Shown here: piece after piece, positions 40,934-50,574 of the stretch
How positions within the stretch are numbered: position 1 is the first letter of the stretch
Layout of the letters: the number at the start of each line of letters is the position of its first letter
NCBI GenBank assembly: GCA_046296035.1
Contig: JBKBLZ010000001.1
Span: forward strand, 105,336 to 169,335
Direction: 5' to 3'
Length of the DNA: 64,000 nucleotides
Source of the DNA: Erythrobacter sp.
Lineage (GTDB): Bacteria > Pseudomonadota > Alphaproteobacteria > Sphingomonadales > Sphingomonadaceae
Program-made: the position numbers and the translations under genes
The notes under the pieces: model-generated
Told to the model about the DNA's origin: nothing
What the model saw: only the letters and a program-made list of their open reading frames with translations
The model's database searches: none

Positions 40934-42532
40934 TTAGGCTGCTTCGAACTGGTTCATCGTGTTGTGCACGCCGCCCGCCTTCAGCGCCGCTTCACCGGCG
41001 AAATACTCCTTGTGATCATCACCGATGTCGCTGCCCGACATGTTCTGGTGCTTCACGCAGGCGATGCCCTGACGGATCTCCTCGCGCTGGACGTTCTTGA
41101 CGTAGCCCAACATCCCGGCATCGCCAAAGTATTCGCGGGCGAGGTTGTCGGTGCTGAGCGCGGCAGTGTGATAGGTCGGCAGCGTGATGAGGTGATGGAA
41201 GATGCCGGCCCGCGCAGCGGCGTCGCGCTGGAAGGTGCGGATCCTCTCGTCGGCTTCGGCGGCCAGCTCGGTGGTGTCGTAATCGACGCTCATCAGCTTG
41301 GCGCGGTCGTAAGCCGACACGTCCTTGCCGGCCGCTGCCCAGGCATCGAACACCTGCTGGCGGAAGTTGAGCGTCCAGTTGAAGCTCGGCGAGTTGTTGT
41401 AGACCAGCTTGGCGTTCGGCACGACTTCGCGGATCCGGTCGACCATCCCGGCGATCTGCTCGACGTGCGGCTTCTCGGTCTCGATCCAGAGCAGGTCAGC
41501 ACCGTTCTGGAGCGAGGTGATGCAGTCGAGCACGACGCGATCTTCGCCCGTTCCGGCGCGGAACTGGTAGAGGTTGGACGGCAGGCGCTTGGGCGCGAGC
41601 AGCTTGCCATTGCGGCTGATGAACACCTGCCCGTTGGTGATGTTCGCTGGATCGACTTCATCGCAGTCGAGGAAGCTGTTGTACTGATCGCCGAGGTCGC
41701 CCGGCTCTTTCGAGAAGGCAATCTGCTTGGTCAGACCGGCACCGAGCGAATCGGTGCGGGCAACGATGATGCCATCGTCCACACCCAGTTCGAGGAAGGC
41801 GTGGCGGCAGGCGCGGATCTTCTGGAGGAAGTCCTCGTGCGGGACAGTGACCTTGCCATCCTGGTGGCCGCACTGCTTTTCGTCCGAGACCTGGTTTTCG
41901 ATCTGGAGCGCGCAGGCCCCGGCTTCGATCATCTTCTTGGCGAGCAGGTAGGTCGCCTCGGCATTGCCGAAGCCGGCATCAATGTCGGCGATGATCGGCA
42001 CAACGTGGGTCTCGTAATGGTCGATGGCGTGCTCGATGCGCTTGGCTTCGACCGCGTCGCCGGCCTTGCGGGCAGCGTCGAGAGCGCGGAACATCATGCC
42101 GAGTTCGCGGGCATCGGCCTGCTTGAGGAAGGTATAGATCTCCTCGATCAGCGCGGGCACGCTGGTCTTTTCGTGCATCGACTGGTCGGGCAGGGGGCCG
42201 AATTCGCTGCGCAGCGCGGCGACCATCCAGCCCGACAGATACAGGTAGCGGCGCTTGGTGGTGCCGAAATGCTTCTTGATCGCGATCAGCTTCTGCTGTG
42301 CGACGAAGCCGTGCCAGCAGCCCAGCGACTGGGTGTATTGCGCAGGGTCGGCGTCGTAGGCCGCCATGTCGGCGCGCATGATCTTGGCGGTGTGCCTGGC
42401 GATGTCGAGACCGGTGTTGAAACGGTTCTGGATGACCATGCGCGCAGCGCTTTCGGGATCGATCGCGGCCCAGCTCGGCCCGTTCGCGGTGATGACTTCG
42501 CGCATCCGGGTGATGGTGTTTTGATAGGTCAT
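40934..42532 (-). CDS. aceA: Isocitrate lyase
   Basis: YLYLSGWMVAA, PIIADIDAGFG, IENQVSDEKQCGHQDGK, ARTDS, LLWIETEKP, YNNSPSFNW; AGGAG RBS. Confidence 0.97.
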   Translation of the reverse strand: MTYQNTITRMREVITANGPSWAAIDPESAARMVIQNRFNTGLDIARHTAKIMRADMAAYDADPAQYTQSLGCWHGFVAQQKLIAIKKHFGTTKRRYLYLSGWMVAALRSEFGPLPDQSMHEKTSVPALIEEIYTFLKQADARELGMMFRALDAARKAGDAVEAKRIEHAIDHYETHVVPIIADIDAGFGNAEATYLLAKKMIEAGACALQIENQVSDEKQCGHQDGKVTVPHEDFLQKIRACRHAFLELGVDDGIIVARTDSLGAGLTKQIAFSKEPGDLGDQYNSFLDCDEVDPANITNGQVFISRNGKLLAPKRLPSNLYQFRAGTGEDRVVLDCITSLQNGADLLWIETEKPHVEQIAGMVDRIREVVPNAKLVYNNSPSFNWTLNFRQQVFDAWAAAGKDVSAYDRAKLMSVDYDTTELAAEADERIRTFQRDAAARAGIFHHLITLPTYHTAALSTDNLAREYFGDAGMLGYVKNVQREEIRQGIACVKHQNMSGSDIGDDHKEYFAGEAALKAGGVHNTMNQFEAA

Positions 42533-42687
42533 GTGCATCTCCTGTCCGTTCTGGGGTGCGGCGAGCGTTTGAGAGACTCGCGGCATCGGATGAGCAGGCT
42601 GTGACTTGTTGCGGCGCAGCATGACAGGAAAACTTACAAAAAATCTTGTCGCTATGCCGACATTATCCCTCAAAGTTGTGTAAATCG

Positions 42688-42701
42688 GTAAATTAATTTA
42701 C
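42688..42701. promoter_or_regulatory. Perfect palindrome between aceA and its divergent regulator
   Basis: GTAAATTAATTTAC, 10 nt before the regulator ATG, nested within TGTAAA...TTTACA. Confidence 0.6.
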
Positions 42702-42711
42702 ATTAGCGGCG

Positions 42712-44064
42712 ATGATCGAATCCAATCTTCTCGCCGGACCCGCACTGCGTCGCCTGCGCAAGCGCGAGGGGCTGACGCAGGCATCGATGGCTGCGGTGCT
42801 GGGCATCTCGCCATCCTATCTCAACCTGATCGAGCGCAACCAGCGCCCGCTCTCCGCGCGCGTGCTGGTGCAGGTGATCGAGCGGTTCGACTTCGATCCG
42901 CGCAGCTTGCGCCAGGATGACGCGATCGGCGGGCTTGATGGGCTGGTGCGGCGCATGGCGGACAAGCGCTTTGCCGATCTGGGCATCGATCGCGAGGAAG
43001 TGCAGGAGTTCCTCGCCGCCGCGCCGCAGATTGCGGCCGCCTTCGCGCGGCTTTACGACACGGGTGGCGGCGAGCGCCTTGTCGTCGAGGACACGGCTGC
43101 AGCGGCCCGCCGTGTGATCGAGCGCTGGCAGAACCACTTCAGCGATCTCGATCATGCCGCCGAGGATCTCGCTGATGAACTGCGCCTGTCGCGCGGCGAG
43201 ATCAGCGCAGCGCTCGGCGAACGGTTGCGCGAAAAGCACCGCATCACGGTGCGCATCCTGCCGGCCGAGGTGATGCCGGGGCAGGTTCACCGGCTCGATC
43301 TCCATGCGCGACAACTCCAGCTGTCGGAGATGTTGCCCGGGGCGGCGCGGCGCTTCCAGATCGCGCGGCAGGTCGGACAACTCGAAATGCGCGAGGGCAT
43401 CGAGACCATCGTTGCCGGCGCGGGCCTCGCCAGCGAGGAGGCGCGCCACATGCTGCGCGAGCACATCGCCGATTATCTCGCAGGGGCGCTGCTGCTGCCC
43501 TATCGCCGTTTCCTGCGCGCCTGCGAGCAGACCGCCTATGATCTCGCCGTGCTCCAGCGCCGCTTTGCCGTCAGCTTCGATCAGGCCGCACAGCGCCTCA
43601 CCACGCTGGGGCGGGTGGGCGAGCGCGGTCTGCCGTTCTTCATGGCCACGATCGACCGTGCCGGGCGGCTGGAGCGCTTCACGGCCGGTGGTTCCGGCGC
43701 GCTCTATCCGCTCGACGGCGCGCGTTGGCCGGCATGGATTCCCTATGGCGCCTTCGAGCGACCCGGGACGGTGCTGACCCAGGCCGTGACCTTCAGCGAG
43801 GGCGAGGCCAGCCCGCGCCACTGGCTGATGATCACCCGCACCGTTGATGGCGACGGCGTGATGTGTTCGGCCCGCCGTGCGGTGGTGCTCGGCATCGAGG
43901 CGCGCTTCGCGGGCGAGCTGGCCTATGCCCGCGGGGTATCGCTCGATCCGGCCGATGCCGTTCCGCTCGGAACACCGTGTGGCCGCTGCGGTCGGGCCGA
44001 ATGCCTCACCCCTGCCTCGCCGCGCATGGCGAGCGCGCTGCCGCGGCCGCGGATGGAGGTGTGA
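42712..44064 (+). CDS. XRE-family short-chain fatty acyl-CoA regulator (RamB/PrpR/ScfR family)
   Basis: HTH LTQASMAAVLGISPSYLNLIERNQRP, central IrrE-like region, DRAG motif, C-terminal CGRCGRAEC; divergent from aceA. Confidence 0.9.
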   Translation: MIESNLLAGPALRRLRKREGLTQASMAAVLGISPSYLNLIERNQRPLSARVLVQVIERFDFDPRSLRQDDAIGGLDGLVRRMADKRFADLGIDREEVQEFLAAAPQIAAAFARLYDTGGGERLVVEDTAAAARRVIERWQNHFSDLDHAAEDLADELRLSRGEISAALGERLREKHRITVRILPAEVMPGQVHRLDLHARQLQLSEMLPGAARRFQIARQVGQLEMREGIETIVAGAGLASEEARHMLREHIADYLAGALLLPYRRFLRACEQTAYDLAVLQRRFAVSFDQAAQRLTTLGRVGERGLPFFMATIDRAGRLERFTAGGSGALYPLDGARWPAWIPYGAFERPGTVLTQAVTFSEGEASPRHWLMITRTVDGDGVMCSARRAVVLGIEARFAGELAYARGVSLDPADAVPLGTPCGRCGRAECLTPASPRMASALPRPRMEV

Positions 44065-44185
44065 GCACAGCATTAACCTTCGCAAACCGCAGAATTTCCC
44101 GCTCTTGCTGCGGTGTAAAATTTACCGACACTTAAGGTCTCCTCGCTAGAACCTGTCCGCGCAAAGCGTCGAGGCCAGACCCGTC

Positions 44186-45571
44186 ATGATCCGCCTGTTC
44201 AAGCACTATATCCCGCATGCCGTGCTGCTGCTCGGCCTGCTTGATCTGGGCTTGCTGGTGCTGGCGAGCGAAATGGCGTGGCAATTGCGCGCGGGCCAGA
44301 TCGGTATGGCAATCGAAGGTTTCGGCGACCGCTGGCTCGCGCTCGCCGGCACCGCGACGATCATCTGGCTGGCGATGATCGCGGTTGGGGTCTATGGCCC
44401 TAATGCGCTGCGATCCTTGCGTTTTGCCGGCGCGCGGGTGCTGGTGGCGATCAGCCTCGGGATTATTGCGCTGGCGGTGATCGACTTCATCGTCCCGAGC
44501 GACTTCTTCTGGCGCTCGACGCTGCTTTACACCATGGGGCTGGCCATCCTCGTGCTGGTGGCTGACCGGCTGCTGCTGAACAGTTTTCTCGGCTCCTCGG
44601 CCTTCCGGCGACGCGTGATGGTGCTGGGCGCGGGCGACCGGGCGCAGCGTCTGCGCGAACTGGGCGACAAGCCCGAAACCGGCTTTGCGATCGTCGCCTT
44701 TATCGCGATGAGCGACAACCAGCGCGTGGTCGAGGAAGCGATCCCGCGCTCGGCCATCCACGATCTGGGCCGGTTCGTCGAGAACCTCGGCGTGTCCGAA
44801 GTGGTGCTGGCGTTGCAAGAGCGCCGCAACGCGCTGCCGCTCAAAGACCTCTTGCGGATCAAGACCAAGGGCGTTCATGTCAACGATTTTTCCAGCTTCA
44901 TCGAGCGCGAGACGGGCCGGGTCGATCTCGACACCGTTAATCCCAGCTGGCTGATTTTCTCCGACGGCTTTTCCAGCAGCCGCATGTTTTCCAGCGCGGT
45001 CAAGCGGATATTCGACATCATCGCCAGCACGATCCTGCTGGTGCTGACCCTGCCGGTGATTGCACTGTTCGCGGTTCTGGTGAAGCTCGACAGCAAGGGA
45101 CCGGCGTTTTTCCGCCAGACCCGCGTGGGGCTTTATGGCGAGCCGTTCACGCTGATCAAGCTGCGCTCGATGCGCACCGATGCGGAAAAGGACGGGGCCA
45201 AGTGGGCGGAAAAGGACGACCCGCGCATAACGCGGCTCGGGCGGTTCATTCGCAAGGTCAGGATCGACGAACTCCCCCAGACCTGGAGCGTGCTCAAGGG
45301 CCAGATGAGTTTTGTCGGCCCGCGCCCCGAGGTGCCGGCCTTCGTGGAAAGCCTCGAGGAGGAAATTCCCTTCTACGGTGAGCGGCACATGGTCAAGCCC
45401 GGCATCACCGGCTGGGCGCAGATCAACTATCCCTATGGCGCTTCGGTGGAGGATAGCCGCTGCAAGCTCGAATATGATCTCTACTACGCCAAGAACTATA
45501 CGCCCTTCCTCGATTTCGTGATCCTGCTCCAGACCTTGCGGGTGATCCTGTGGCCGGAGGGGGCGCGGTGA
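44186..45571 (+). CDS. PEP-CTERM/XrtA-system sugar transferase (TIGR03013-like priming glycosyltransferase)
   Basis: MIRLFKHY start, PSWLIFSDGF, KRIFDI, KLRSM, RIDELPQ, SFVGPRPE, VKPGITGWAQINYPYG. Confidence 0.9.
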   Translation: MIRLFKHYIPHAVLLLGLLDLGLLVLASEMAWQLRAGQIGMAIEGFGDRWLALAGTATIIWLAMIAVGVYGPNALRSLRFAGARVLVAISLGIIALAVIDFIVPSDFFWRSTLLYTMGLAILVLVADRLLLNSFLGSSAFRRRVMVLGAGDRAQRLRELGDKPETGFAIVAFIAMSDNQRVVEEAIPRSAIHDLGRFVENLGVSEVVLALQERRNALPLKDLLRIKTKGVHVNDFSSFIERETGRVDLDTVNPSWLIFSDGFSSSRMFSSAVKRIFDIIASTILLVLTLPVIALFAVLVKLDSKGPAFFRQTRVGLYGEPFTLIKLRSMRTDAEKDGAKWAEKDDPRITRLGRFIRKVRIDELPQTWSVLKGQMSFVGPRPEVPAFVESLEEEIPFYGERHMVKPGITGWAQINYPYGASVEDSRCKLEYDLYYAKNYTPFLDFVILLQTLRVILWPEGAR

Positions 45572-47700
45572 GCGGCTTGCCCGAAGGCATGGCTCTGCTG
45601 GCGTGGCTGGCATGGCTGGCCGGCGCGGCGCTGGGCGCGGGGTCGCTGGTGTGGATCTGGAACTGCGGCGATCCGGCCCGGCCCGACCGCCTGCCGCTGG
45701 CTGCCGCGAGCGTGCTGGCCGGTGCCGCCTGCGCCATTTGTGCCGCTTTGGGGCCTGGCCACGCTGCCGCTCAGCTCGCGATCATGGCGCGCAACCTTGC
45801 GCTGATTGCGGCGATCTATGGCATGTTTTCTGCCGACGGACGGGCGGCCAGTCTCAAACCGATCCGCCCGGTGATTATCACGCTGGTGCTGGTGCAATTG
45901 TGCCAGCCGCTGGTGCTGGGCCTGCAACTGCGCGGGGCGGAGTTCCCGGCGATTGCGCGGGCCGCTTTCGATGTGCGGATGCTCACCGACATGCTGGTGG
46001 CGATTGGCGCGCTGATGCTGCTGCACAACCTCTATGCCGGGGCGGCGGACGGATCGCGCTATCTGCTGCGCTGGTCGGTGATCGCGCTGTCGGGCATCTT
46101 CGCCTATGATCTGAACCTGGCGACGATCGCCTATCTTGGCGGCGAATATCCGGCGCTGCTGCGCGATCTGCGTGGGCTGTTTGCCGGAGTGATGGGCATA
46201 TTGTTCGCGCTCGGGATGAGCCCGGCTGGTCCGCGCGTGCAGTTCAGCCCGTCGCGCGCGGTCACCTTCCGCACGCTTTCGCTGCTGTTGATCGGCAGCT
46301 ATCTGGCGCTGATGGTGCTGGTGGCCAAGTCGCTGCCGCTGGTGGGGGGCGATTTTGCCCGCACCGCGCAGGTGCTGTTCCTTGCGGCTGCAGCGGCGGC
46401 GGCAATCGCCGCGCTGCCTTCGCCGCGGCTGCGCGGCTGGCTGCGCGTCACCGCGACCAAGCATCTGTTCCAGCACCGCTATGACTACCGCGAGGAATGG
46501 CTGCGCTTCACTCGCACGATTGGCCGCGCCGGCAAAAGCAGCGCCAGCCTTGAGGAGCGCGCGGTCAAGGCGTTGGCGGATATCACCGAAAGCCCGGCAG
46601 GCCTGCTGCTGATGCCCAACGAGGAGGCCCAGCTGGAGCTTACCGCGCGCTGGAACTGGCCGACCATCGCTGTCCCCGCAGTGGCGGGTGAACATCTGCT
46701 GGCCGGTCTGCTCGAACAGCACAACCTCATCATCGCGCTCGACGAGGCGCGCGGCGGGATCGAGCATCACGGCGAGATCGCGCAACTGCCCGAATGGCTG
46801 ATCGAGGCCGAGGATGCCTGGGCGCTGGTGCCGCTGATCCACTTCGATCGTCTGGTCGGTGCGATCGTGCTGGCCCGTCCGCGCACCGCGCGGCGGCTTG
46901 ACTGGGAGGATTTCGATCTGCTGCGCGTGGTCGGGCAGCAACTCGCCAGCTACCTGTCCGAACAGGCCGGACAGCAGGCGCTGATGGACGCGACGCGGTT
47001 CGATGATTTCAACCGCCGCATGGCTTTCGTGATGCACGACATCAAGAACCTCGCCAGCCAGCTGTCGCTGCTGGCGGCCAATGCGCAGAAGCACGCCGAC
47101 AACCCGGCTTTTCGGGCCGACATGCTGCTGACCTTGCGCAATTCGGCCGACAAGCTGGCTGCGCTGCTGGCGCGGCTCGGGCGCTATGGCTCCAATCCCG
47201 TCACCCAGCTTTGTGCGATCGATCTGACCGACTTGGCGCGCAATGTCGCAAGGCGGCTCGGCGCGGTGCATCCGGTCGCCCTGACCCGCGAGGATAGCGT
47301 TATGGTGATGGCCGATCCCGAAGCGCTCGAACAGGTGCTCGTGCATCTGGTCCAGAACGCGATTGACGCAAGCGAGCCGGGCATGGCGGTGTGTCTTGAT
47401 GTCAGCGCCGATAGCCTCCACGGCACGCTGGAGGTGCTCGATACCGGCTGCGGCATGAGCCCCGAATTCGTGCGCTCCGGCCTGTTCAAGCCGTTCGTCT
47501 CGTCCAAGCCTGGTGGCTTCGGTATCGGGGCGTTCGAAGCGCGCGAACTGGTCAACGCGATGGGCGGCCGGGTGGCGGTCGAATCGCGTGAAGGATTGGG
47601 CACCCGCTTCAGCGTGGTGCTGCCGCTGGCCGATGCGGTGCGGCTTCTCGGCAGCGCGGCCAATGGCGGACAGGAAGCGATTTCGCGGGAGGTGGCGTGA
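45568..47700 (+). CDS. prsK: PEP-CTERM-system histidine kinase PrsK
   Basis: Multi-TM N-terminus, KHLFQHRYDYREEW, GAF-like region, H-box AFVMHDIKN, HLVQNAIDA, DTGCGM, GFGIG; GTGA overlap with upstream gene. Confidence 0.9.
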   Translation: MSGLPEGMALLAWLAWLAGAALGAGSLVWIWNCGDPARPDRLPLAAASVLAGAACAICAALGPGHAAAQLAIMARNLALIAAIYGMFSADGRAASLKPIRPVIITLVLVQLCQPLVLGLQLRGAEFPAIARAAFDVRMLTDMLVAIGALMLLHNLYAGAADGSRYLLRWSVIALSGIFAYDLNLATIAYLGGEYPALLRDLRGLFAGVMGILFALGMSPAGPRVQFSPSRAVTFRTLSLLLIGSYLALMVLVAKSLPLVGGDFARTAQVLFLAAAAAAAIAALPSPRLRGWLRVTATKHLFQHRYDYREEWLRFTRTIGRAGKSSASLEERAVKALADITESPAGLLLMPNEEAQLELTARWNWPTIAVPAVAGEHLLAGLLEQHNLIIALDEARGGIEHHGEIAQLPEWLIEAEDAWALVPLIHFDRLVGAIVLARPRTARRLDWEDFDLLRVVGQQLASYLSEQAGQQALMDATRFDDFNRRMAFVMHDIKNLASQLSLLAANAQKHADNPAFRADMLLTLRNSADKLAALLARLGRYGSNPVTQLCAIDLTDLARNVARRLGAVHPVALTREDSVMVMADPEALEQVLVHLVQNAIDASEPGMAVCLDVSADSLHGTLEVLDTGCGMSPEFVRSGLFKPFVSSKPGGFGIGAFEARELVNAMGGRVAVESREGLGTRFSVVLPLADAVRLLGSAANGGQEAISREVA

Positions 47701-49064
47701 TGGCCGACAGGAAACCCCCATTGCTGGTGATCGAGGATGATCCCGGCCTGCAGGCGCAGCTCAAATGGTCATATGACGATTTCGACGTGCTCATCGCGGG
47801 TGACCGCGATTCTGCCCTTGCAGCATTACGGGCAGAAATGCCGGCAGTGGTGACGCTCGATCTCGGCCTGCCGCCCGATCCCGATGGCACCAGCGAAGGC
47901 TTTGCGCTGCTTGATGCGATCATGGCGCTCAAGCCTGATACCAAGGTGATCGTCGCCAGCGGCCATGGCGCGCGCGAAAGCACACTGCAGGCGATCGAGC
48001 GCGGGGCCTATGATTTCTACCAGAAGCCGCTTGATATCGACACGCTCGGGCTGATTGTGCGGCGGGCGTTCAACCTGCACCGGATCGAGCAGGAAAACCG
48101 CCGGCTGGTGGCCAGTGCCAGCCAGAACAGGACCGTGCTTGGCCGGCTGATCACCGGCGCGCCTGAGATGATCAAGGTCGCGCGCACGATCGAACGCGTT
48201 GCCAAGACCAGCGTTTCGGTGATGCTGCTCGGCGCGAGCGGCACTGGCAAGGAACTGCTGGCCAGGGGGCTGCACGATGCCAGCGACCGGGCCGACGGGC
48301 CGTTTGTTGCGATCAATTGTGCCGCGATTCCGGAAAACCTGCTCGAAAGCGAGCTGTTCGGGCACGAAAAGGGCGCCTTTACCGGAGCGGTCAAAACCAC
48401 CGAGGGCAAAATCGAAAGCGCCCACGGGGGCACGCTGTTTCTCGATGAGGTGGGCGACATTCCGTTGCCGCTCCAGGTCAAGCTGCTGCGCTTCCTGCAG
48501 GAACGCACCATCGAGCGGGTCGGCGGGCGGCGGGCGATTGCGGTCAACACCCGGATCGTGTGCGCCACCCATCAGGATCTCGAAAGCATGATCCACCAGG
48601 GGGCCTTCCGGGAAGACCTGTTCTATCGTCTGGCCGAAATCGTGGTGCGCATTCCCGGCCTTGCCGAAAGGCACGGCGATTCGGTGCTGCTGGCCAAGGT
48701 GTTCCTCAAGCGCTTTGCTGCCGAGATGAACCCGTCCGTCACCGGCTTTGCCGCCGACGCGCTCGCCGCGATCGACGCGCATAACTGGCCGGGCAATGTT
48801 CGCGAGCTGGAAAACCGCGTGAAGCGTGCCGTCATCATGGCCGATGGCAAAATGGTCCATGCCGGCGATCTCGATCTTGGCGAGGACGAGGGGGACAGCG
48901 CCGATGTGCTCAACCTCAAGGCTGCGCGCGAGGCGGCCGACCGGCGGGTGATCCGCCACGCACTTGCCCGCAGCGAGGGCAATATCTCCAGCACCGCCAA
49001 GCTGCTCGGGATCAGCCGCCCGACGCTGTACGATCTGATCAGGCAGTATGATCTGCAGACCTGA
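47700..49064 (+). CDS. prsR: PEP-CTERM-box sigma-54 response regulator PrsR
   Basis: Receiver VVTLDLGLPPDPDG, GASGTGKE, ESELFGHEKGAFTGA, WPGNVRELEN, Fis HTH LGISRPTLY. Confidence 0.92.
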   Translation: MADRKPPLLVIEDDPGLQAQLKWSYDDFDVLIAGDRDSALAALRAEMPAVVTLDLGLPPDPDGTSEGFALLDAIMALKPDTKVIVASGHGARESTLQAIERGAYDFYQKPLDIDTLGLIVRRAFNLHRIEQENRRLVASASQNRTVLGRLITGAPEMIKVARTIERVAKTSVSVMLLGASGTGKELLARGLHDASDRADGPFVAINCAAIPENLLESELFGHEKGAFTGAVKTTEGKIESAHGGTLFLDEVGDIPLPLQVKLLRFLQERTIERVGGRRAIAVNTRIVCATHQDLESMIHQGAFREDLFYRLAEIVVRIPGLAERHGDSVLLAKVFLKRFAAEMNPSVTGFAADALAAIDAHNWPGNVRELENRVKRAVIMADGKMVHAGDLDLGEDEGDSADVLNLKAAREAADRRVIRHALARSEGNISSTAKLLGISRPTLYDLIRQYDLQT

Positions 49065-50526
49065 CATCCTTGCCGGATGGCTGGCCTGTGCGCTTGTCTT
49101 GACAGGGTGCGACAGGGATCGCACCGTCAGCAGTGGCGCGCCTTCGGGCGGGGCCGAAGTTCTGCGTCTGCTGCGGCAGGCCGATGTCGCGATGGGCGGC
49201 GGGGCCTTGCCACGCGCCGGAACGTTGCTGGACGAGGCGCGAGGTCTGGAGCCGGCAAATCCGGATGTCTGGGTCGCCATCGCCCGCCTGCGCTATCGCG
49301 GCGGCGAGCACCTGACTGCACTTGAGGCGGCGGACCGGGCGCTGGCGCTTGGCCCCGATCACGCGCCGGCACTGCTGCTGCGGGCGTTGATGGTGCGTGA
49401 TGCGCACGGCTTGGCCGATGCCCTGCCGTGGTTCGAAGCGGCGCTGGCTGCCGAGCCTGGTTACGCTGATGCGAGGGCCGAATATGCTGCGACGCTCGGC
49501 GATCTCGGGCGCTATCGCGAGATGCTGATGGCGGTGCGCGAACTGGCGCGCATCGCGCCGGACGATCCGCGCGTGTTCTATCTCCAGGCGGTGCTCGCCC
49601 AGCGCGGTGGCAAGCCGGTGCTGGCGCGCAGCCTGCTGGAGCGTAGCGGCCTGGCGACGCGCGGGGTTCCGGCCGCGGTGCTGCTCGATGCGTTGATCAG
49701 CCTCGATCAGGGCAATCATGCAAGCGCTGCCGAACAGCTTGAACGCCTGGTCGCGCGGCAGCCCGGCAACCGCCGGGTGCGCGCATTGCTGGCGCGGGCG
49801 TTGCTGCTCGACGGGCGCGAGGCCGAGGTGATCGCACGCTTTGCTGCCGAGGCCGCCGAGGCCGAGGCTTCGCCCTACCTGGTGATGTTGGTGGCCCGGG
49901 CCTACGAGCGCCTTGGCGATCGGGCCAGCGCTGCGCCGCTGCTGGCGCGCGCCTATGCCGCGCCGCCCGACGTGCCGGTGGTGCTGGCCGCGCGGGCGGG
50001 GCTGCCGCAGCCGACCGCCGATCTGCGCAGCAGCGCAGCTGCCGGACAGACCGATCAGGCCAGCCTGATCGCGCAGGGTTTGCGCGCGCGCTTTCCTGCC
50101 TCGGCCGATATTGCTGTGCTGGCTGGTGACACCGTTTTGGCGCGCGGCGATGCGCGGGCTGCGCTCGAGCGCTACGCTCTGGCCGCAAGGATCCGCCGTC
50201 CCTGGCCCCTGACCCGCAAGGCGGTGTTTGCCTACCGCAGCGCAGGCGATGCGATGGCCGCAGACACCCTTTTGGCACGCCATGTGGCGGGCGAGCCGGA
50301 CAATCCTGCTGCGCTGGTGATGCTCGCGCAGTCGCTCGGCGCGCGCGGCGAGTGGGAGCGCGCCGCCTTGCTGCTCGATCACGCGATCGCGCTTGGAGCA
50401 GGGCATTATCCAGCGCTGCTGGCGCTGCGGGCCAAGGTTGCCCGCGGGCTTGGTGAGGGCGAAGTTGCGGCCCGGTTTGCGGCCCTGCGTGCCGAATTGC
50501 GCCCGCCCGCGCTGGAGGTGCGCTGA
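49048..50526 (+). CDS. TPR-repeat (lipo)protein, PrsT-like
   Basis: Lipobox-like LVLTGC, repeated TPR-type helices; directly follows prsR. Confidence 0.75.
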   Translation: MICRPDILAGWLACALVLTGCDRDRTVSSGAPSGGAEVLRLLRQADVAMGGGALPRAGTLLDEARGLEPANPDVWVAIARLRYRGGEHLTALEAADRALALGPDHAPALLLRALMVRDAHGLADALPWFEAALAAEPGYADARAEYAATLGDLGRYREMLMAVRELARIAPDDPRVFYLQAVLAQRGGKPVLARSLLERSGLATRGVPAAVLLDALISLDQGNHASAAEQLERLVARQPGNRRVRALLARALLLDGREAEVIARFAAEAAEAEASPYLVMLVARAYERLGDRASAAPLLARAYAAPPDVPVVLAARAGLPQPTADLRSSAAAGQTDQASLIAQGLRARFPASADIAVLAGDTVLARGDARAALERYALAARIRRPWPLTRKAVFAYRSAGDAMAADTLLARHVAGEPDNPAALVMLAQSLGARGEWERAALLLDHAIALGAGHYPALLALRAKVARGLGEGEVAARFAALRAELRPPALEVR

Positions 50527-50574
50527 CACGCCGCCGCTCGACAATCGCTGCAAGACGGGGCAGGGGGCCGCGCC

